64,000 bases of DNA from an uncultured Planctomycetota bacterium. Its GTDB lineage: Bacteria > Planctomycetota > Planctomycetia > Pirellulales > Lacipirellulaceae. The stretch is taken from contig CAVRBU010000011.1 in assembly GCA_963719315.1 (NCBI GenBank), positions 96,001 to 160,000 on the forward strand, in the 5' to 3' direction. Shown in pieces: positions 11,684 to 21,850 of the stretch; the stretch's first letter is position 1, and the number at the start of each line of letters is the position of its first letter. The notes beneath the pieces were generated by a model. The model was not told where the DNA came from and made no database searches. It worked only from the letters and a program-made list of their open reading frames with translations. Position numbers and translations under genes: made by a program.

Positions 11684-13311
11684 ATGAGAACCATTCTTAT
11701 AGGCCATACTTGTGTTTTGATCGGCGGACTTGTTTGGTCGATGTCCGCTGCGAGTTGTTCGGCACTCGCAGTTGCCGATTCAGGCGCCGTGCTCGCGCCG
11801 TTCGTGAATGACGACACGCTGGCAGCGGTCAATGTGGATGTCGGCTGAGGTCAAAGTGGCCGAGAACGCGGGCAAGCTTTTTCAACTATTGCCCAACGGT
11901 TCTGGCGATATGAAGTCGTGGATGATGGGCGCAGCGCTGGCGGAGGGTTTGGTCCAGCGATTTCGACAAGCTGGTGGCCAGGACTTGTACGTCGTCGTGG
12001 GGTTGGGCGACATTCACATTGGCGGCGGACCGCTCGGAATTGCCACGACGCGGCCGGGGCAACATTCGGAGAAAGTAGAACAACTGATTCGCGATTCGAT
12101 TCGCGAGTTCGGCGGCGCTGGACCGCGTGATGCCGGGGCGCAAATCGACGTTCTGCGAAAGGGCGACGTAGTGCTCGTAGGCACGAAATCGACGGTCGCC
12201 CGATACGCGGCGCTCAAATCGTCGCCGCGTACCGACCTCATCGAACCGCTGGCGACATTGATCGAGGGGGGCGCCATGGCGGCCGGCGTGTTCTGCCCGG
12301 GTTCGGATTATCGCCGCGTCTCGCGTGAGCTGTGGCCTGAGTTTCCGGGATCACTCGCTCCGCTGCGGGGCGAATTGGCCGATCGTTGGCTCCGCTTCGA
12401 GCTATCCATAAATCCGCCGCCGATACGCCCGGCCGCGGCTCTCGCTCGTGGCGAAAGATGCTGAAGGGGCCGAAATCTTCGCCAAGTTGTGGCACGACTT
12501 CCCCACCGCCACGACGGAATTCGGCGGCAACGAAAAATCGCGCGAGCTAGCAAAGGGCTACGTCCAACTGCTCGTCGATTCGTTGCCGGTAAAGGTCGAG
12601 GGAACGAAAGCAACCATCGAGTTGCCCACCGACGAAAACCAAATTGCGAAATTGCGCTCAACGATTACCGAGGCGGCTGACAAGTCGATGGAATCCGAAC
12701 GTCGCAATCAGCGAATAAACCAATTCAAACAGTTGCTTCTCGGAATGCTAAACTTCGAGTCCGCGAACAAGTATTTGCCTCCTCCGGCGATTTGCAACAA
12801 GGATGGTAAGCCGCTCCTGAGTTGGCGGGTCCGTATCCTTCCCTATCTCGATGAGATGAATCTTTACAAGCAATTCCACCTGGATGAACCGTGGGACAGT
12901 CCGCATAACAGCGCTCTAATCGAAAAAATGCCGGCTATCTACGCCGATCCTGACGGAAAGCTCAAACAGTTGGCTCGCGAAGGAAAAACAACGTTCCAAG
13001 TGCCGGTGGGCCCAGAAACAGTTTTCTTTAACAACGAGGGCACTTCGATACGCGAAATAAAGGACGGCACATCAAATACCGTTCTTATCGTCGAAGTCGA
13101 GCCGACCCGAGCCGTCGAATGGACGAAGCCAGAGGACTGGAAGGTCGATCTCGCGCACCCGCGACGCGGCCTGGAGCGAAGCGACCGCGGCTACGTCACG
13201 CTCGGGTATGCTGACGGGCACGTGCTAATTAACTTTCTGAAGCCCGAGAACGATAAGTGGCTCCGTGCGCAACTGACTCGCGCCGGCGGTGAAGTTGTGG
13301 ATCAACAATAA
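11684..13311 (+). CDS. DUF1559 domain protein (frameshifted)
   Basis: NQFKQLLLGMLNFES, LSWRVRILPYL, EPWDSPHN, IKDGTSNT, YADGHV. Confidence 0.8.
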
Positions 13312-13528
13312 CGCCGGCCCCCAAATGGGTCAGCTCTATAGCTCGGCCGGCTCACCGCAGCGAATTGCCGTGGCGACTTGGCCGAGTTTTCCCATTCGCT
13401 ATACTGCTAGCATGGCCAGCCACTCGCCTTGGCAGGCCGACGAGCATTTGTTAATTTGCTCACCCCGATGACATGCCGGCCCTCGCGCCGGCACGAACGC
13501 AGCTCGGCCGACATGGAAGGAGGCCACG

Positions 13529-14050
13529 ATGACGGTTGACCACCAAACGCAGCTTCGCGTCCACATCCGCTGGATGATCCGCCGCGACATGGCGGAAGTC
13601 TTGGAAATCGAACGCGGCGCGTTCGAATTCCCCTGGTTCGAGGAGGAATTCATCCGCTGCCTGCGGCAACGCAACTGCATCGGCATGGTCGCCGAGCACG
13701 GCGAGCGCGTCGTCGGCTTCATGATCTACGAGCTGCACAAGACGCGGCTGCACATTCTGAATTTCGCCGTCGCCTCCGACGTCCGCCGCCGCAACATCGG
13801 CCGGCAGATGATCGACAAACTGATCGGCAAACTTTCCAGCCAGCGACGCACGCGGATATCGCTAGAAGTCCGCGAAACGAACCTGGCGGCCCAAGTCTTT
13901 TTCCGCTCCAGCGGCTTCAAAGCCACGAGCGTCCTGCACGAGTTCTACGACGACTCGCCGGAAGACGCGTACCTGATGCAATTCTGCTGCCAACCGGAAG
14001 ACGCGGAGATGATCCTGCCGCTGAATCGCATCGATCGATTGGCGGGCTGA
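13529..14050 (+). CDS. rimI: Ribosomal-protein-alanine N-acetyltransferase
   Basis: LHILNFAV, RRRNIG, LEVRETNLAA, FY...EDAYLM. Confidence 0.88.
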   Translation: MTVDHQTQLRVHIRWMIRRDMAEVLEIERGAFEFPWFEEEFIRCLRQRNCIGMVAEHGERVVGFMIYELHKTRLHILNFAVASDVRRRNIGRQMIDKLIGKLSSQRRTRISLEVRETNLAAQVFFRSSGFKATSVLHEFYDDSPEDAYLMQFCCQPEDAEMILPLNRIDRLAG

Positions 14051-14060
14051 GCACCGGCAC

Positions 14061-14122
14061 GTAGGACGGCCTTTAGTCCGTCGATTTAAGTTGCCAAGAG
14101 GACGGACTGAAGTCCGTCCTAC
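14061..14122. repeat. GTAG-type REP doublet between convergent genes
   Basis: GTAGGACGGCCTTTAGTCCGTC...GACGGACTGAAGTCCGTCCTAC. Confidence 0.85.
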
Positions 14123-14601
14123 AATTCCACAATCGTCGCTTCAACGGCCGGCAGCTCGACCACTGCCACACTGTGCGGATCGGCCCGATAAATCGCTCCC
14201 GGATTCACGACGAGCGTCTCGCCATGGCGGTCGATCGCCGCCACGTGCGTGTGGCCGTAGCAAACGAGCCGATAGTCGCCGCCGTCGATCGCCTCGCGAA
14301 ACCGCCGGCGCTCGTGGCTATGCAGCAGGGCGACCCGCACGCCCTCGAACTCTAAGTCGCCAAACAGTCCATGGCACGTTTGGCCGGCGCGCCGAATTGC
14401 GGCGGCCAACGCCTCCGGATTGTCGTCGCAATTTCCAAACACAAAGTGGGTCGGCCAAGCGGCGAATAGTTCCACCACCGCGAGCGAACCGATATCGCCG
14501 CAGTGCAGCACCGCATCAACCTCCAAACTTTCCAACATCCGCACCGCCGGCCGCGTCAGCTCCACGTGGCCATGCGTATCGCTGATAATTCCAAGCCGCA
14601 T
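14119..14601 (-). CDS. YfcE-family metallophosphoesterase
   Basis: SDTHG, HCGD, GNCD, GHTH and NPG motifs. Confidence 0.92.
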   Translation of the reverse strand: MRLGIISDTHGHVELTRPAVRMLESLEVDAVLHCGDIGSLAVVELFAAWPTHFVFGNCDDNPEALAAAIRRAGQTCHGLFGDLEFEGVRVALLHSHERRRFREAIDGGDYRLVCYGHTHVAAIDRHGETLVVNPGAIYRADPHSVAVVELPAVEATIVEL

Positions 14602-14616
14602 ACATGACCTTTCATC

Positions 14617-15807
14617 TCATGGAAGTAGGATTTCGATTTCGGCACTTCGCTCGAACAATCGCCTTTCTACCGCGTCGACATCAACGTCATCATCAAACAA
14701 CGTAAGAATCGGCCGGCCTGCTTCGATCGGTGTCCCCGCCGGCGATACATCGCCCAATGTCGGCCAAGGTTTTCGGGCCGATTCGGCCAACGCCCGCTCC
14801 GCGAATTCCTCCGAAACAACAATATCCCGCCGGGCAAACAAAATAGCCTTGCCGCACGCCTTCGCCGATTCGACTCGCCGAACCTCCAGCCGCGTTCCGC
14901 CACACGCCGTCGCATGTGCCGCAATCGCGCTCACGCCCGTAAACCGTTCCACAATCTCCACCGAAGCCGTGTAGCGCGGATTGACCTCCACCGTCCACAC
15001 ATCGTTTCCGTCCAGCACGAAATCGACGCCGAACAAACCAACCAGCTCAAATTGCTCGGACAACACGTTGCCAAGCTTCTTAAGCGTAGCTTGAGCCGTC
15101 TCGGACACTGGCCAAGGCCCAACCGACCCCGCGTATTGAAACCCATGCGCCCCGAGCCACGATTCGCCGATAAGCTGGCGCGTAACGCCCAGCAGTTCCG
15201 CCGCGCCGTCCGACGCGACATAGACCGCGGCACACGGTACGCCCGCAATTCGCCGCTGGTAGACGAGACAAGGAGACAAAGAGAAGGGGAGACAAGGAGA
15301 TCCCTGGACCGAGCCTGCCTCTGATAATCTCCTTGTCTCTTTGTCTTCTTGTCTCCCCGTCTCTCCCCACAGCCGCACGCCGCTGCCGCTCGCGCCCTGA
15401 TACGTCTTGGTCAGCCACGAGCCGTCGCGCGGCAGTCCGTCGGGCTTCTCGCGAGTTTCCGGAAACAACAGGCCGGCGGTGCGTAGCACCGCGGCTAATT
15501 CCCACGGTGAGCGAACACGTGAGAGCACGTCGCCTGGGTTCCCCCACAGCGGCGCGATCCAAGCCATCTGATCGACCAGCTCCGGGTGATTCTCCAGCGC
15601 CCCGGTGTACATCCACGCCGGCGGCTCGACCGCCCGCAGCCAATCCACAAATCCCTCTGGGTACGGCGAAATTCGCGTGGAAGTCGCGATGCGGCGGAGA
15701 TCGGCGTCCGCAAACAAGTCGGCCGCAATCGGCTGAAACCCGGCCCGCACAGCCGACGCGGCGGCAGAGCGTGTACTGGCACCGACTATGGCAAGCGGCT
15801 GTGACAT
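14617..15807 (-). CDS. ATP-grasp protein (COG2232-like; often linked to H4MPT C1 genes)
   Basis: GASTRSAAASA, ADLFADAD, GLFGVDF, EVNPRYTAS. Confidence 0.8.
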   Translation of the reverse strand: MSQPLAIVGASTRSAAASAVRAGFQPIAADLFADADLRRIATSTRISPYPEGFVDWLRAVEPPAWMYTGALENHPELVDQMAWIAPLWGNPGDVLSRVRSPWELAAVLRTAGLLFPETREKPDGLPRDGSWLTKTYQGASGSGVRLWGETGRQEDKETRRLSEAGSVQGSPCLPFSLSPCLVYQRRIAGVPCAAVYVASDGAAELLGVTRQLIGESWLGAHGFQYAGSVGPWPVSETAQATLKKLGNVLSEQFELVGLFGVDFVLDGNDVWTVEVNPRYTASVEIVERFTGVSAIAAHATACGGTRLEVRRVESAKACGKAILFARRDIVVSEEFAERALAESARKPWPTLGDVSPAGTPIEAGRPILTLFDDDVDVDAVERRLFERSAEIEILLP

Positions 15808-16030
15808 GCAGAAAAAGAATTGGAATAGCCGAGAGAGGGCACAAAAACACAAAAGATTGAATTGAACCGCAATGAACGAGGAGGAACTGGAACACTAATT
15901 ACCACTAAGCGACGCTAATTTGATTAGCGATGACTAGCGAGAATTAGTGTTCTCCTTTTGCCATTTTCCTTGGCGTGCTTGGCGACTTGGCGGTTTTTCT
16001 TCTTACGCGTGCCGCATTGCCTTGCGGTAT

Positions 16031-16399
16031 TTATTTCTTGGGCCGTTCATATCGGCCGCGATATTGATCGGCCGGATATTTTTGGGCGTTCTTCACCATC
16101 TTGGCCCGGATCGCGCTCGATACATCCAGGCCTAACTCGTTTGCCAGCGCGAACGAATAGCCGATGACGTCGGCCAATTCCTCACCCACCGCGGCCAACT
16201 TTTCCGGGTCGTCGGCCAACCCCCGCGACGCTTCCGTCGTAAGCCACTGAAAATGCTCCATCAACTCCGCCGCCTCGATCGCCAGCGCCATCGACACATT
16301 TTTCGGCGCGTGAAACTGCGACCAATCCCGCTCCGCCACGAAATCAGCGATAAGCTGCCGCAGCTCGGCAACGGTGGTCGTACTATCGGATGGCGTCAT
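16031..16399 (-). CDS. MazG-like nucleotide pyrophosphohydrolase
   Basis: ERDWSQFHAPKN, EAAELME, EELADV, KNAQKYP. Confidence 0.92.
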   Translation of the reverse strand: MTPSDSTTTVAELRQLIADFVAERDWSQFHAPKNVSMALAIEAAELMEHFQWLTTEASRGLADDPEKLAAVGEELADVIGYSFALANELGLDVSSAIRAKMVKNAQKYPADQYRGRYERPKK

Positions 16400-16562
16400 G
16401 GTCGGCTGGAAAGAAATTGAACGAAAGGGAACGAAGAGACCGGAGAGACAGCAAAATAAAATGTTTGCTTACGTGTCGCATGTCTTCAATTTGCAATTTG
16501 CATTTTCAATTTGCATTTTGCAATTTCCGACATCCATTTTCTCCGTTTCCTCCTGTTCGATC

Positions 16563-17570
16563 CTAGAACCCCGGCAGGTCAAGCTGCCGCGCGGTTCGAT
16601 GCTCGTCATGGTAACGCCGCCGGTAGCCATCGGCCAGATGGGCCATGATTTCCAGCACCAGCAGGTCGGCCCGCGACATCACGTGCCGCGCGCTGCGATT
16701 GCCGAGCGACCCGATCAGCTCTTCCAGCACGTGCACGTGCAACTCCATCGCGCGTTGGGCCGACACATCGGCCTCGGTGAGCAACGTAGCAAGCCTGGAC
16801 ATTTCATCGGCCAAATTCCCGGCGCCCATCACGACGTACGCCCGCAACATCTCGCGATAATGGGTGACGAGGCGCTCGGGCAGGTCGGTGGGAGGATTCG
16901 GGGTTCGGGGTTCAGGATCGAGCACTGTCGCTTGGTCCTCCTGAACCCTGAACCCCGAACCCTCAAATCCATCCGCAGTAGCAGGCGTAGTTTCTTCGCG
17001 AATCTTCTCCAACTCCGCGATCAACGCCCGCTGTTCGGCCAGCAGCCGCCCCGCCTCCTGATGTTCGTGTGCCAGCCGCTGCTGTTCCATTTGCACGAGC
17101 CGGCGATGTTCGCGTATGAGCTGGCAGCGCTCGATCGCGCGGGCGAACGTCCATAGCAGCGAACGAGTCGTCGTTTCCGCGACGCAGCAATACGCGTCGG
17201 CCCCAACTTCGTGGCAGAGCGCCGACATTTGGGCCGACGGCGCTGCCCCGAGCACGATCATCGGCTCATCGTTGCCGCCGGCGCGAAGGCCCTCGACCAG
17301 GTCGAGCGCATCGAGCACACCCGGCTCGTGGCTTACCAGCACTGCGTCGAACACTTCATCGCGCAAGTGCGAGAGTCCGGCCGTTACGCCGACCGTTTCC
17401 ACCAGCAGCACTTCGGCCGCGCAATCGGAGCGAAACGCTTCGGCCAGCCAGCCGCCGGTGCGGTGCAGCGTCGTGACATACAGCACCTTCATCCGCGACG
17501 GCATCTGGCCCCAAATTTTGGGGACCGTCCGTTTGGCGGGCAGATCGGGGGCCGATTTAGTCGCGGGCAT
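16563..17570 (-). CDS. Pseudo-receiver + KaiA-C/RsbU-N-like helical domain protein
   Basis: Receiver-like N-terminus without the canonical Asp/Lys; C-terminal YREMLRAY...ELHVHVLEE...LEIMAHLADGYRR. Confidence 0.7.
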   Translation of the reverse strand: MPATKSAPDLPAKRTVPKIWGQMPSRMKVLYVTTLHRTGGWLAEAFRSDCAAEVLLVETVGVTAGLSHLRDEVFDAVLVSHEPGVLDALDLVEGLRAGGNDEPMIVLGAAPSAQMSALCHEVGADAYCCVAETTTRSLLWTFARAIERCQLIREHRRLVQMEQQRLAHEHQEAGRLLAEQRALIAELEKIREETTPATADGFEGSGFRVQEDQATVLDPEPRTPNPPTDLPERLVTHYREMLRAYVVMGAGNLADEMSRLATLLTEADVSAQRAMELHVHVLEELIGSLGNRSARHVMSRADLLVLEIMAHLADGYRRRYHDEHRTARQLDLPGF

Positions 17571-17916
17571 GGCGGCTCTTAGAAAATGGGCGCGGATTCG
17601 GGCCACAAACTGTAGCAATGCGCGCACAGACGGTCAACGCCGCACCGTGATAGCACTTCGCCCAGCCACACCGTAAAATCCATACGTCCGACGAAGCAGG
17701 GTAGCGCCGTCGAGCATTTTTGTCCGCAGATGGCGCAGATGCGCAGATATGCTCGATGGAAACACATCGACCAATGATAGTTCGGATTTGTGTTGGCCGC
17801 CGCGAATTAATATCCGTTACATCAGCACCATCCGCGTTTATGAAAATACCCCTCTTCCATCTGCGCGTATCTGCGACATCTGCGGACTAAAATAATCGAT
17901 TCAACGTGTGAACTAA

Positions 17917-19125
17917 ATGCGAATTGCCTACCTAGATTGTGCAAGCGGAATCAGCGGCGACATGACGCTCGCCGCCCTCGTCGATGCCGGGGCCGAGCTC
18001 GCCGCGATTCAAGCCGGCATCGATTCATTAGGTTTGCCCAGTTGCCGTCTCGCTGCCACTGAGGTCAAAAAGAAGGGCTTCCGCGCCACGCAGATTACCA
18101 TCGAATACGATCCCGAGCACAAGCACCGCCACCTGCACCACATCACGGCGATGATCGACGGCAGCACGCTCACCGCCCGGCAGAAGGAGCTGGCGACGCG
18201 CATCTTCCGCAAGCTCGCCGAGGCCGAGGCCAAAGTTCACGGCTCGACGATCGAGAAAGTTCACTTCCACGAAGTCGGCGCCGTCGATTCGATCGCCGAC
18301 ATCGTCGGCGCGGCAATCGGCTTCGACCTACTAGGCATTGAGCGCATCGTCTGTTCACCCATTCCCACAGGCCACGGCTACGTCGAAATCGCCCACGGCC
18401 GCTGCTCGATCCCGGCCCCCGCGACCGGCGAACTCCTCCGCGGCATCCCGCTGGCAGCGCTCGACTGCGAAGGTGAACTAACCACACCGACCGGCGCGGC
18501 AATCGTCGCCGCCCTGGCCGACGAATTCGGCCCGCTTTCCACCATGACTGTCGACAAGATCGGCTACGGCGCGGGCCAAAAGGATTTCCCGCAGGCCAAT
18601 ATTCTCCGCATTCTTATCGGCGAGGTCGCTTCAGCGACGGGGTTCGGCTCCGCGCTGTCTTCTCAACATGCGCCCCACACCGAATCGATCGTCCTCCTTG
18701 AAACCAATCTTGACAATGCGACCGGCGAAACCATCGGTCACGCCGTTGAAGTGCTCTGGGCGGCTGTGCGCTTGACGTTCTCGCTCACGCCAATCCAAAT
18801 GAAAAAAAGCCGACCCGGCATGTTAATCAGCGTCCAGGCGCGACCCGCAGATGCCGACAAATTGGAGGCGCTTCTATTTGCCGAGACGCCAACCCTCGGA
18901 ATACGCCGCACCACCGTGTTGCGTACCGTTTTGGCGCGCGAGGCGGGATCGGTCGAAACCCCCTGGGGACCGGTGACCGGCAAAGTCGCGTTTCTTCCCG
19001 ACGGCTCCCGGCGATTCTCGCCCGAGTACGAAGCATGTCGCGAAATTGCCGAACGAAGCGGTGTGCCTCTCGCCGTCGTCACCGCCGCTGCACTCGCCGC
19101 CCGCCCCGAGCCTGGCCCCGCCTGA
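17917..19125 (+). CDS. larC: Nickel pincer cofactor biosynthesis protein LarC
   Basis: YLDCASGISGDM, HRHLHH, VHFHEVGAVDSIAD, ELTTPTGAA, ETNLD, PEYEAC. Confidence 0.93.
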   Translation: MRIAYLDCASGISGDMTLAALVDAGAELAAIQAGIDSLGLPSCRLAATEVKKKGFRATQITIEYDPEHKHRHLHHITAMIDGSTLTARQKELATRIFRKLAEAEAKVHGSTIEKVHFHEVGAVDSIADIVGAAIGFDLLGIERIVCSPIPTGHGYVEIAHGRCSIPAPATGELLRGIPLAALDCEGELTTPTGAAIVAALADEFGPLSTMTVDKIGYGAGQKDFPQANILRILIGEVASATGFGSALSSQHAPHTESIVLLETNLDNATGETIGHAVEVLWAAVRLTFSLTPIQMKKSRPGMLISVQARPADADKLEALLFAETPTLGIRRTTVLRTVLAREAGSVETPWGPVTGKVAFLPDGSRRFSPEYEACREIAERSGVPLAVVTAAALAARPEPGPA

Positions 19126-19130
19126 TATCG

Positions 19131-21227
19131 CTATTCAGCCGCTCGCCGGCTTAGCTGATCGAGCGCCGCTTCAATCGCGGCCAATCCCACCGCTGGCGCC
19201 TGGCATGCGAAATTCTGACAAATATACAACACCGGTCGCCCGTCCGGCGATTCTTTGCCGGCGAACATCTCGTCCAGATGTTGCGACCGGGCCGCCGCCG
19301 GGTCGGTCGATGCCGAGTCGCGCACGGCCAACACCGTCCGCGGCATGTAGCGGCCCTGAATCGCGGCGACCGCTTTTTTCATGTCGTCGCGCGCCAGCTC
19401 GCCGACGAGCACCAGCTCGTGCGCCGGCCCCAGATAGCGATCGAGCGCCAAGAGCATCTGCCCGGCCGCTGTTGGCGCCCGTTGCAAGAGAGGCAACGCC
19501 GTCGCGAGTGTCCGCTCGGCTGCATCCAAATAATCGGTGCGGCCCAACAATCGGCCCAGCCGCAGCAAGGCCGTCGCCGCGAGTGCATTGCCGCTCGGCG
19601 TGCTGCTGTCGGTGACTTCCTTCGTTCGCGCGATGAGCGGCTCATGATCGACGGCCGTGTAGAAAAATCCGCCGACCGCCGGGTCCGCGAATTCTTTGAG
19701 CACGATATCCATCAGCCGCACCGCTTCGTCGATCCATCGCTCATTGAAGCTGGCTTCGTAAAGTGTCACCAGCGCGTTGGCAAGCGACGCGTAGTCGTCC
19801 AGATACGCATACAACTTAGCGTGACCGTGGCGGCAGGTGTGCAGCAGCCGCCCATCGTCGCGTCGCATGCGCGAGCAAATAAAGCTCGCCACGCCGTCCG
19901 CCGTGCTCACGTACTCCGGCTCGCCGAGCGCCGCCCCGGCCCGAGCCATCGCGTCAATCATCAGCCCATTCCAGGCAACGATCACTTTGTCGTCCCGCCC
20001 AGGGCGGACGCGCTTTTCACGAACCTCGAACAACCGCTTCCGATCTTCGGCCAACTCGGCCGCGAGTTCGGTCGCGTCGCGATTGAGAATCTTCGCACAC
20101 TGCTCCAGCGTTTTTGGCAGGTTCAGGATGTTGCGGCCCTCGAAGTTGCCGGCGTCGCTCATATCATACACGCGGCCAAACGTCGCCCCGCGCTGTTCGC
20201 CGAGCACGGCCTCGATTTCGTCCGGCGTCCACGTGTAGAACAGGCCCTCATGCCCTTCGCTGTCGGCATCCTCCGTGCTGTAAAAGCCGCCGGCCGAATC
20301 CGTCATGTCGCGAATAATGTAACCCAGTGTTTCCCGCACGATGCGGGCATATTTCTCGTCGCGCGTGACAAGATACGCATCAACATACGCCCCTGTCAGC
20401 AGCGCGTTGTCGTACAGCATTTTCTCAAAGTGCGGTACCAGCCATTGGGCATCGACTGAATAGCGGGCAAAGCCGCCGCCCAAGTGATCGTAAATCCCTC
20501 CCGCCGCCATGCGGTCGAGCGTCAGCCGCACCATATCCAGCGGCCCCTGCCGGCCGCTGCGATGAGCCACGCGCACGAGGAGCTGCAAATCCATTGGGTG
20601 CGGGAATTTTGGTGCTTGGCCGAAACCGCCGTAGGTGCTGTCGAACGCCCTTCGCAACTGGCCGATGGCCGCGTCGATGAGATCATGGTTTAGTGCATCC
20701 GTAGCAAATTCGCCGTGGCCGTCGACGCCAATGTTTTGCAGTTCGGCCGTCAGTTGGTCTGCCGCGGTGACCGCCGCCTCGCGGCGATTCTTCCAGGCGT
20801 CGATCACCGCGGCCAGAATCTGGTCGAAGCTTGGCATCCCGCGCGAACTGTGCGGCGGCCAATACGTGCCGCCATAAAACGGCTTCAACTCCGGCGTCAG
20901 AAACACGCTCATCGGCCAACCGCCGTGGCCCGTGAGCATCTGCACCGCGTTCATATAAATCTGATCGAGGTCCGGCCGCTCCTCGCGATCCACCTTGATC
21001 GGCACGAAGTTCTCATTCAGCACGCGGGCAATCGCTTCATTCTCGAAACTCTCATGCTCCATCACATGGCACCAGTGGCAGGCCGAATACCCAATCGAAA
21101 GAAAAATTGGCTTCCCCTCCAGTCGCGACTTCTCAATCGCTTCCGTGCCCCAAGGAAACCAATCCACCGGATTGTTCTGGTGCTGAAGCAGGTACGGGCT
21201 TGATTCTTTTGCGAGTCGATTGGCCAT
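19131..21227 (-). CDS. Thioredoxin-domain YyaL/SSP411-family protein
   Basis: [35 protein letters not shown]. Confidence 0.95.
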   Translation of the reverse strand: MANRLAKESSPYLLQHQNNPVDWFPWGTEAIEKSRLEGKPIFLSIGYSACHWCHVMEHESFENEAIARVLNENFVPIKVDREERPDLDQIYMNAVQMLTGHGGWPMSVFLTPELKPFYGGTYWPPHSSRGMPSFDQILAAVIDAWKNRREAAVTAADQLTAELQNIGVDGHGEFATDALNHDLIDAAIGQLRRAFDSTYGGFGQAPKFPHPMDLQLLVRVAHRSGRQGPLDMVRLTLDRMAAGGIYDHLGGGFARYSVDAQWLVPHFEKMLYDNALLTGAYVDAYLVTRDEKYARIVRETLGYIIRDMTDSAGGFYSTEDADSEGHEGLFYTWTPDEIEAVLGEQRGATFGRVYDMSDAGNFEGRNILNLPKTLEQCAKILNRDATELAAELAEDRKRLFEVREKRVRPGRDDKVIVAWNGLMIDAMARAGAALGEPEYVSTADGVASFICSRMRRDDGRLLHTCRHGHAKLYAYLDDYASLANALVTLYEASFNERWIDEAVRLMDIVLKEFADPAVGGFFYTAVDHEPLIARTKEVTDSSTPSGNALAATALLRLGRLLGRTDYLDAAERTLATALPLLQRAPTAAGQMLLALDRYLGPAHELVLVGELARDDMKKAVAAIQGRYMPRTVLAVRDSASTDPAAARSQHLDEMFAGKESPDGRPVLYICQNFACQAPAVGLAAIEAALDQLSRRAAE

Positions 21228-21243
21228 AAAACTTCCGAAAAGA

Positions 21244-21268
21244 TAGCCGCTGGCGGAAGCCAGCGGTT
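21244..21268. repeat. REP hairpin TAGCCGCTGGCGGAAGCCAGCGGTT (also 21863-21887; inverted variant 21825-21849)
   Basis: Exact repeat on both sides of the RAYT gene. Confidence 0.9.
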
Positions 21269-21301
21269 GACAACTATGTAATCATCCGTACACTATTCGC
21301 C

Positions 21302-21850
21302 ATGCCCGCTTATCTATTTACCTTTCACGCCTACCGCAGTTGGAACGCAGATCGACCACGCGGCTTCGTGCAAAAAGGCCGTGGCATTCAACCGCCAAAT
21401 ACCGCGCTTGCTAACTACTATGACCAACAAGCGAAACAAGTTCCCGTTCAATTCGAGAAGCATCAACAACAAGTCATGCTTTGGATAGCATGGGATGCTT
21501 GTTGTCGACGTGGCTGGCGTTTGCATGCCGCAAGTTTTGATCCGTCACACCTGCATATTCTAGTGAGTTGGCAGGCGGATGAAACGTGGCAAAACGTCCG
21601 AAAGAAGCTCAAGAATCTCATTGCTTGGGCTCTATCGCGAAACCTTGGCCATGAAGGACGTCGGTGGATGGTCCGTGGAGCAAGCCGTAAGCGCGTTCAG
21701 GACCGAAAACACTTCGACTATTTGGTGAGTTCCTACCTGCCCCGCCATCGCGGATTGTTTTGGCGCGAGGGAGATGCAGCGCCAACTGCGCCGTCATGGG
21801 CGCGGCTGAAAGGGCTGGGGGCAAAACCACCGTCTTCCGCCGGCGGCTAA
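21302..21850 (+). mobile_element. REP-associated tyrosine transposase (RAYT-like, Y1 HUH)
   Basis: YLFTFHAYRSW, HUH motif SHLHILV, late Tyr (VSSY); flanked by identical REP hairpins. Confidence 0.85.

Noticed and set aside
18620..18685. Possible decayed REP insert in larC (SATGFGSALSSQHAPHT)
   Set aside because: Too degenerate to separate from the naturally variable LarC linker.
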